32,000 nucleotides of DNA. Source: Delftia acidovorans NBRC 14950 (GTDB taxonomy: Bacteria > Pseudomonadota > Gammaproteobacteria > Burkholderiales > Burkholderiaceae_C). Below the pieces are notes generated by a model. It was given only the letters and a program-made list of their open reading frames with translations. It was not told the origin of the DNA and ran no database searches. The stretch lies in contig NZ_BCZP01000010.1 of the NCBI RefSeq assembly GCF_001598795.1, forward strand, positions 1 through 32,000, in the 5' to 3' direction. The position numbers were made by a program, and so were the translations under genes. How positions within the stretch are numbered: the first letter of the stretch is position 1; each line of letters opens with the position of its first letter. This document shows, in pieces, positions 26,314 through 32,000 of the stretch.

Positions 26314-27225
26314 CGGCCCCGCGCCGCCAAGCGCCTGCGCCACCACCTGCTGCAACTGCCCGCGCAGCCACGCATGGGCGGGATCGGCCTGGTGGCGCGT
26401 GTGCCAGATCATGAACATGGGCAGCGGCGGACAGTCCACGGGCACGGCAAAGCTGGCCAGCGATGACAGGGCCGTGCGGCCCAGCAGCGACGGCGCCGTC
26501 GCCAGCAGCGGCGTGCCGCGCACAAAGGCGGCCAGCGCCGCAAAGCCCGGCACGCGCACGGCAAAGCGGCGCTCCAGCCCGCGCGCCTGCAGTTGCAGGT
26601 CCAGGTCCAGCGCCTGGCGGTCGGCATAGGCCACGGTGGCGTGGTCGCCCTGCAGATAGTCGGCCAAGCTGACCGGCGGCTGTCGCACGGCGCTGTCATA
26701 GAAGACTGCGTACTCATCGCTGAACAAGCGCTTTTGCACGATGTCTGTGGCATCGGGCGGGCGCGGGCTGATGGCCAGCAGGCAGGCGTCCGAGCGCAGC
26801 AGTTCGGCATCCGGCGCGCCGCTGTCGATCACGCGCAGCATGGCTGCGGGCGCTTGCGTGCGCAGGCGCCGGGCCAGCGCGGGCAGCAGCAACTCGCGCT
26901 GCAGGTCGTTGGCGGCAATGGTGATCTCGGCACGCCAGTGCGCGGGGTCAAAGCTGGGCCCCTGGCCGAACTGCTGCATTTGCCGCAGCAGCTCGCGCGC
27001 CGGGTCCTGCAGCGCCAGTGCATGGGCCGTGGGCGCAATGCCCCGCCCCTGCCGCACGAACAATCGGTCGCCCGTGATGGCGCGCAGCTTGTCCAGCAGA
27101 TGGCTGACGGCCGATTGCGTCACGCCCAGGCGCTGCGCCGCCGCCGTGACGCTGCCGGTCTCCAGCACGGCCAGCAGCAATTGCAGCAGCCTGCCATCGA
27201 GCTGCGATCCATCGATTTGTCTCAT
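26215..27225 (-). CDS. LysR-family transcriptional regulator
   Basis: About 336 aa from ATG 27225 (or 27234). wHTH 'LLAVLETGSVTAAAQRLGVTQSAVSHLLDKLR'. Divergent from ligA with an 85-nt gap. The 3' end overlaps the convergent amidotransferase-like CDS. Confidence 0.9.
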   Translation of the reverse strand: MRQIDGSQLDGRLLQLLLAVLETGSVTAAAQRLGVTQSAVSHLLDKLRAITGDRLFVRQGRGIAPTAHALALQDPARELLRQMQQFGQGPSFDPAHWRAEITIAANDLQRELLLPALARRLRTQAPAAMLRVIDSGAPDAELLRSDACLLAISPRPPDATDIVQKRLFSDEYAVFYDSAVRQPPVSLADYLQGDHATVAYADRQALDLDLQLQARGLERRFAVRVPGFAALAAFVRGTPLLATAPSLLGRTALSSLASFAVPVDCPPLPMFMIWHTRHQADPAHAWLRGQLQQVVAQALGGAGPSMPAKQGAAQQACCAVADLERAVAHGRAHAGA

Positions 27226-27310
27226 GCATTCCATGATTGGCCGCCGCTTTATCTTTGGCAACGCGGGCCGGACACTGCCGCTGATCCAACGCAAATACCG
27301 GAGACAAAAC

Positions 27311-27652
27311 ATGGCCGATCAGCCGCAGATTCCCGGCACCACCCTGTTCGATGGCAGGCAGGCCCGCAAGGGCTATGCGCTCAACAGCATGTGCTTTTCC
27401 TTCAACGAGCTGGCCAACCGCCAGGCCTTCCTGGCCGACGAGGAGGCCTATATGCGCAGCTACGGCCTGAACCAGGAGCAGGCCGATGCCGTGCGCGCCC
27501 GCAACGTGCTGCAAATGATCGCGGCCGGCGGCAACGCCTACTACCTGGCCAAGCTGGCCGGCATCTTTCACCTGGACATGCAGGACATAGGCGCCCAGCA
27601 GACCGGCATGACCAAGGCCGAATTCCAGGCCCTGCTGCGCTCGCACGCCTGA
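27311..27652 (+). CDS. ligA: Protocatechuate 4,5-dioxygenase alpha subunit (LigA family)
   Basis: 113 aa. 'IPGTTLFDGRQARKGYALNSMCFSF', 'ADEEAYM', 'GGNAYYLAKL' and 'TGMTKAEF' follow the LigA/PmdA pattern block by block. Confidence 0.85.
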   Translation: MADQPQIPGTTLFDGRQARKGYALNSMCFSFNELANRQAFLADEEAYMRSYGLNQEQADAVRARNVLQMIAAGGNAYYLAKLAGIFHLDMQDIGAQQTGMTKAEFQALLRSHA

Positions 27653-27699
27653 GCCCCGCCGCAGACCACACGCAAGACACAGCACAGGAGACACCCACC

Positions 27700-28545
27700 A
27701 TGGCACATCTCATCGGCGGCCTCGGCACCTCGCACATTCCCGCCATCGGCAACGCCATCCACAAGGGCCTGCAGAACGAGCCCTACTGGAAGCCCTTCTT
27801 CGACGGCTTCCCGCCCATCCGCGAATGGCTGGCCGCCCAGCGCCCCGACGTGGTGGTGATGTTCTACAACGACCACGGCCTGAACTTCTTCCTCGACAAG
27901 ATGCCCACCTTCGCCGTGGGCGCGGCCGAGCGCTACTGCAACGCCGACGAAGGCTGGGGCATTCCCACGCTGGCACCGCTGCGCGGCCACACGGAGCTGT
28001 CATGGCACCTGATCGAGTCCCTGGTGGGCGAGGATTTCGACGTGGTCAGCTGCCAGGAGATGCTGGTGGACCACGCCTGCACGCTGCCGCTCAAGCTGTT
28101 CTGGCCCGAGGGCGACTGCCCGGTGGCCGTCGTGCCGGTGTGCATCAACACCGTGCAGTTCCCGCTGCCCTCGGCGCGCCGCTGCTATGCGCTGGGGCAG
28201 GCCGTGGGCCGGGCCATCGCGCGCTGGAACAGCAACCAGCGCGTGGCCGTCATTGCCTCAGGAGGCCTGTCGCACCAGCTCGATGGGGAGCGCGCGGGCT
28301 TCATCAACAAGGCCTTCGACCTGCAGTTCCTTGAAAGCATGGCCACCAATCCCGAATGGGCCACGCAGTTCAGCGTGCATGAACTGGTGGAAAAGACCGG
28401 CACCCAGGGCGTGGAACTGCTGATGTGGCTGGCCATGCGCGGCGCCCTGTCCGCGGCTGCGCCCGGCGTGCGCCGCGTGCACGGCAACTACCACATACCG
28501 ATCTCCAACACCGCCACGGCGCTGCTGGCGCTGGAGGCGGTCTAG
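27700..28545 (+). CDS. ligB: Class III extradiol dioxygenase, protocatechuate 4,5-dioxygenase beta subunit (LigB family)
   Basis: 281 aa from ATG 27700 with an AGGAGA RBS. 'GLGTSHIPAIG', 'VVVMFYNDHGLNFF', 'MLVDHACTLPL' and 'SGGLSHQL' LigB-type blocks. The upstream 369 codons of the track ORF are antisense to the LysR gene. Confidence 0.9.
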   Translation: MAHLIGGLGTSHIPAIGNAIHKGLQNEPYWKPFFDGFPPIREWLAAQRPDVVVMFYNDHGLNFFLDKMPTFAVGAAERYCNADEGWGIPTLAPLRGHTELSWHLIESLVGEDFDVVSCQEMLVDHACTLPLKLFWPEGDCPVAVVPVCINTVQFPLPSARRCYALGQAVGRAIARWNSNQRVAVIASGGLSHQLDGERAGFINKAFDLQFLESMATNPEWATQFSVHELVEKTGTQGVELLMWLAMRGALSAAAPGVRRVHGNYHIPISNTATALLALEAV

Positions 28546-28556
28546 TCGGAAAACAC

Positions 28557-28597
28557 AAAGGCCGCCGGGCATGCCAGGCGGCCTTTGTTCTTTGCGG
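28557..28597. terminator. Bidirectional rho-independent terminator (ligB / slyD)
   Basis: aaggccgcc (28558-28566) / ggcggcctt (28577-28585) with a 10-nt loop. A-rich 5' flank and tgttcttt 3' flank. Confidence 0.8.
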
Positions 28598-28632
28598 GGC
28601 CGTGCGGACCGGGTGTATCCCGGCCCTGCCTC

Positions 28633-29103
28633 TCAATGGTGGTGGCCGTGGCCGCCGTGCACGTGGCGGTGCTCGATTTCCTCGGGCTTGGCCGCGCGCA
28701 CTTCCGTCACCTTGCAGGCAAAGTGCAGCGCCATGCCGGCCAGCGGGTGGTTGCCGTCCAGCACCACCACGGGGCCCTTGATCTTGACCACGTGGTAGAT
28801 CTGGGGCTGGCCCTGGTCATCCGTGCCGCGCAGCTGGCCGCCGACCTTCACGCCGGGCGGGAACTCGCCCTTGGGAATGGTGCGCGTCAGGCTCTCGTCG
28901 CGCGCGCCGAAGGCGTCTTCCACGGCCAGGTCCACGGTCAGCGTGTCGCCCACGGCCTTGCCGTCCAGGGCGGCTTCCACCTTGGCGAAGATGTTGTCGT
29001 AGCCGCCGTGCAGATAGGCCACGTCGCCCTTGTCGAGCAGTTTGCCCAGCTTGTCGGTGATCTTGTAGTTGATGGTGACGGCGGTGTCTTTGGTGATGTT
29101 CAT
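28633..29103 (-). CDS. slyD: FKBP-type peptidyl-prolyl isomerase SlyD with a His-rich metal-binding tail
   Basis: 156 aa from ATG 29103 (MNITKDTAVTINYKITD...). The IF-domain insertion and 'DGNHPLAGMALHFACKV' are SlyD-typical. C-terminus HRHVHGGHGHHH. Confidence 0.9.
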   Translation of the reverse strand: MNITKDTAVTINYKITDKLGKLLDKGDVAYLHGGYDNIFAKVEAALDGKAVGDTLTVDLAVEDAFGARDESLTRTIPKGEFPPGVKVGGQLRGTDDQGQPQIYHVVKIKGPVVVLDGNHPLAGMALHFACKVTEVRAAKPEEIEHRHVHGGHGHHH

Positions 29104-29214
29104 GGCAAAGGCCTTGGAAAACCGCAGCGCAGAAGGCGCGCCGCGCAAAGCTGCCATTGTCGGCGACCTGGGGCATTCCAGCGTCGCGGCCGTGGGTTCA
29201 CCGGCCGCCCAACC

Positions 29215-30117
29215 TCAAGCCAGGCACTCGCGCGCGCATTCGAGCAGGCTGCGCGCCCAGCGCGCGCGGGCCGAGGTGTTGAGCCACAGCAGGCCGACCT
29301 TGCGCGCATCGGCGGGGCGGGAGCCGGCGCCGTCCGCAGCGGCGCCGTGCTCGGGCAGCGCCAGCACGCGCACGTCGCGTCCCTGGGAGAGCACGGGGCC
29401 GATGTCGGGCACCAGGCCCACGCCCAGGCCCTGGTCCACCATCATGGCCACGGCCAGCACCGAGTTCAGTTCCATGCGCTCCAGCGGCGCAATGCCCTGG
29501 GCGCGCAGGTAGCGGTCGGCCAGCCGGCCACCGGCCAGGGAACGGTCGTAGCGCACCAGGGGCCGGGTGCGCAGCAGGGCCAGCGGGTCCTGCTGCGCAT
29601 CCCGGGTGCGGCACAGCACGACCAAAGGCTCCTGGCGCAGCTCGGCCCAGCACACGGTCTTGGGCAGGTCGAACGAGGGTTGCAGGCAGATCAGCACGTC
29701 CAGCTCGGACTGGACCAGGGCCGTGTACAGCTCGGGCGTAAGGCCGGCGCGCACGCTGATGCGCACCTCGGCGTGGCGCGCCACGAAGGCCCGCATCACG
29801 GCGGGCACAAAGCCGTGCAGCGCCGTGTTCACGGTGCCCAGCCGCAGCTCGCCGCCGTCCGCATCCGAGGCCACCCATTCGCGCAGACCCTCGAAGTCCT
29901 GCAGCAACTGGCGGCCACGCTCGAACAGCCGCTCGCCCGCCTCGGTGGCGCGCACGCTGCGGCCATGGCGCACCAGCAGCGGCGCACCCAGCTCGCCCTC
30001 CAGCACGCGCATTTGCTGCGCAATGGCCGAGGGGCTCAGATCCAGCTGGCGAGCGGCCTCGGACATGGAGCCGGTGTCCACCACTCTCAAGAAATTGTGT
30101 ATGTATCTCACGTCCAT
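29215..30117 (-). CDS. LysR-family transcriptional regulator
   Basis: 300 aa from ATG 30117 (MDVRYIHNFLRVVDTGSMSEAARQLDLSPSAIAQQMRVLE...). An alternative ATG lies at 30126. Divergent from the Bug-family gene with a 100-nt gap. Confidence 0.9.
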   Translation of the reverse strand: MDVRYIHNFLRVVDTGSMSEAARQLDLSPSAIAQQMRVLEGELGAPLLVRHGRSVRATEAGERLFERGRQLLQDFEGLREWVASDADGGELRLGTVNTALHGFVPAVMRAFVARHAEVRISVRAGLTPELYTALVQSELDVLICLQPSFDLPKTVCWAELRQEPLVVLCRTRDAQQDPLALLRTRPLVRYDRSLAGGRLADRYLRAQGIAPLERMELNSVLAVAMMVDQGLGVGLVPDIGPVLSQGRDVRVLALPEHGAAADGAGSRPADARKVGLLWLNTSARARWARSLLECARECLA

Positions 30118-30217
30118 TTCACACATTTTCTTGAATCACAACGCAGATGCAACTGCTGTTTTCCCAGGCTGCGCTGCACCACACTGCGTGACAACGACTA
30201 TTTCAGGAGACAGACGC

Positions 30218-31234
30218 ATGGATTCCCGGCCCACCTCTCAAACCGCTCAAACCTCTCAGACCTCTTTGCCGCGCCGGATGTGGCTGTCCACCGCCGCCGC
30301 CGCGCTGGCCGCCTGTGCGCTGCCGGCCTGGGCCCAGAAGCGCGGCAGCCGCCTGGTGGTGCCGTTTGCGCCGGGCGGCGGCAACGATGTGTTCGCGCGG
30401 CAGATGGCGCATGGCCTCAACGAGTCCTTCGGCTACGGGATGATCGTGGAGAACAAGGCCGGCGCGGGCGGCAACCTGGGCACGGAAGCCGTGGTGCGTG
30501 CGGCCGGCGACGGCAGCACCTGGCTGCTGGGCCACACGGGCACGGTGTCCATCAATCCCTCGCTGTATCCGGGCCTCAAGTTCAATGCGGCCACCGATCT
30601 GCAGCCGGTGGCCATGTTCGCCTCGTCGGCCCTGCTGCTGGTGGTGCCGGCTTCCTCGCCCGCGCGCAGCGTGGCCGATCTGGCCGAGCAGATGCGCAAG
30701 CGCAGCGGCGAGATGAACTACGCCTCCAGCGGCTCGGGCACGGGCGGCCACCTGACGGGCGAGATGTTTGCCCACGCTCTGGGCGCCAAGGCCATCCACG
30801 TGCCATACAAGGGCACGGCACCGTCGCTGACCGACCTGGTGGGCGGCAATGTGGATTTCAGCTTCGGCGTGATTCCTGCGGCCATGGCCCTGGTCAAGGC
30901 CGGCAAGCTGCGCGCCCTGGCCGTCACCGGCGCCAAACGCCAGCCACAGCTGCCCGACGTGCCCACGGTGGCCGAGTCCGGCGTGCGTGCGCTGGCCGAC
31001 TTCGAGAGCTCGCTGACCTACGGCATCCTCGCGCCCAAGGGCACGCCTGCCGAGACGGTGCGCGCGCTGGGGCGCGACATCCTCAAGGTGGCGTCTGCCG
31101 AGTCCTTCCAGTCGCGCCTGGGCATCGAGGGGGCCGTGCCGCTGCTGGGCGATGGCGCGCAGTACGCGGCCCGCATCCAGGTGGAGAGCGCCAAGTGGGC
31201 CGCCGTGATCAAGGCCTCGGGCGCCACGGCCTGA
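30218..31234 (+). CDS. Bug-family (TctC-like) substrate-binding protein
   Basis: 338 aa from ATG 30218 (AGGAGA RBS 7 nt upstream). RR-containing leader 'SLPRRMWLSTAAAALAACALPAWA'. 'VENKAGAGGNLG', 'MNYASSGSGTGGHL' and 'PDVPTVAESGV'. An alternative ATG at 30278 lacks an RBS. Confidence 0.9.
   Translation: MDSRPTSQTAQTSQTSLPRRMWLSTAAAALAACALPAWAQKRGSRLVVPFAPGGGNDVFARQMAHGLNESFGYGMIVENKAGAGGNLGTEAVVRAAGDGSTWLLGHTGTVSINPSLYPGLKFNAATDLQPVAMFASSALLLVVPASSPARSVADLAEQMRKRSGEMNYASSGSGTGGHLTGEMFAHALGAKAIHVPYKGTAPSLTDLVGGNVDFSFGVIPAAMALVKAGKLRALAVTGAKRQPQLPDVPTVAESGVRALADFESSLTYGILAPKGTPAETVRALGRDILKVASAESFQSRLGIEGAVPLLGDGAQYAARIQVESAKWAAVIKASGATA
30237..30263 (+). repeat. In-frame 9-bp tandem repeat (3 copies) in the Bug-family leader
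   Basis: ctcaaaccg / ctcaaacct / ctcagacct, read directly. Encodes the T-S-Q-T-A-Q-T-S-Q-T-S stretch. Confidence 0.8.
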
Positions 31235-31250
31235 GACCGGCAAGGACAGC

Positions 31251-32000
31251 ATGTCATTGGTAAAGGACTATCTGGGCCCCGCCGACAGCGGCCACTGGTT
31301 TGCAGACGCGCGCTGGCTGCAGGCGCTGCTGCGCTTCGAGAGCGCGCTGGCCCAGGCCCAGGCCGACTGCGGCCTGGTGCCCCGCCCGGCCGCCGAGGCC
31401 ATTGCGCGCGCCTGCGCGCAGGCGCCGCTCACGTGCGAAGGCGTGGTGGAGCAGGCGCGTGCCAGCGGCGCGCTGGGCCTGGCCGTGGTGCGGCCGCTGC
31501 AGCAGTGGCTGCAGGCCCACGCCCCCGAAGGCCTGCCCTGGCTGCACTGGGGAGCGACCACGCAGGACGCCGTGGACACAGCGCAGGCCCTGCTCACGCA
31601 GCAGGCCCTGCAGGCGCTGCTGGCCGAGCTGGGCGCGCTGCAGTCCGCACTGCAGGCCCTGGCCCGCACGCACGCGGCCACGCCCATGCTGGCGCGCAGC
31701 TTGCTGCAGCCCGCGCAGATCACCAGCTTCGGCTTCAAGTGCGCGCAGTCGGCTGCTGCCGTGGGCCGCAGCATCGAACAGTTTGAAAGGCTTGCCACCG
31801 CTGCGCTGTGCGTGCAATTGGGCGGCGCCGTGGGCAATGGCGCCGTGCTGGGAAGCCACCGTGCCGAGGTGGAGCAGGCACTGGCCCGGCGCCTGGGCCT
31901 GTCGGCCTGCGGCCGCAGCTGGCATACCCAGCGCGACGACTGGATGCGCCTGGCCATGGAGGCCGCCGTATGCGGCGGCAGCCTGGCCAAGCTGGCCAAG
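31251..32000 (+). CDS. Fumarate-lyase superfamily enzyme (3-carboxy-cis,cis-muconate cycloisomerase / adenylosuccinate lyase-like), 5' partial
   Basis: The frame is open from ATG 31251 to the window edge, so it is absent from the ORF track for lack of a stop. By-eye translation gives MSLVKDYLGPADSGHWFADARWLQALLRFESALAQAQ..., 'LHWGATTQDAVDTAQAL' and 'TPMLARSLLQPAQITSFGFKCA', which match lyase-1 family blocks. Confidence 0.75.
   Translation, partial: MSLVKDYLGPADSGHWFADARWLQALLRFESALAQAQADCGLVPRPAAEAIARACAQAPLTCEGVVEQARASGALGLAVVRPLQQWLQAHAPEGLPWLHWGATTQDAVDTAQALLTQQALQALLAELGALQSALQALARTHAATPMLARSLLQPAQITSFGFKCAQSAAAVGRSIEQFERLATAALCVQLGGAVGNGAVLGSHRAEVEQALARRLGLSACGRSWHTQRDDWMRLAMEAAVCGGSLAKLAK

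Noticed and set aside
27226-27310. Candidate LysR box (GAT-N13-ATC at about 27236-27254) in the LysR/ligA intergenic region.
   Set aside because: The spacing does not match the canonical T-N11-A / ATC-N9-GAT architecture, and the arms are only 3 bp. That is too weak to call without comparative data.

Overview
This is a very GC-rich, densely coding chromosomal segment (roughly two-thirds G+C by eye, not computed). It looks betaproteobacterial and Comamonadaceae-like, an inference from two Bug/TctC-family binding proteins, LysR-controlled aromatic-acid genes and overall gene content. I support about 35 protein genes and found no rRNA, tRNA, CRISPR array, transposase, integrase or recognisable phage or defence gene.

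Most of the content is core metabolism:
- tkt-gapA, fba and pyk all lie on the minus strand but are separated by unrelated modules.
- Also present: an M20 amidohydrolase coupled to a Bug binding protein, csaA, a murU-like gene, a TauE/SafE permease, pepP, slyD and hpf.

The accessory-looking modules are:
1. An OmpR-type regulator and sensor kinase with two divergent PAP2 phosphatases, wedged between fba and pyk.
2. A cyclase-family protein translationally coupled to an acyl-CoA synthetase, followed by a TIGR03118-family lipoprotein.
3. A divergent reactive-sulfur unit: a two-Cys ArsR/BigR-type repressor with a membrane rhodanese, facing an MBL persulfide dioxygenase and an OsmC protein.
4. An orphan 98-aa protein next to a pirin gene.
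5. A stand-alone LysR-ligAB extradiol dioxygenase unit.
6. A LysR-Bug-lyase unit running off the right edge.

Many long ORFs in the six-frame track are antisense or out-of-frame artefacts of the GC content. I see no obviously new multi-gene system. The best candidates for something under-described are modules 2, 3 and 1, plus two gene-free regions of about 370 nt containing exact repeats. All functional calls come from by-eye motif recognition and need HMM or BLAST confirmation.
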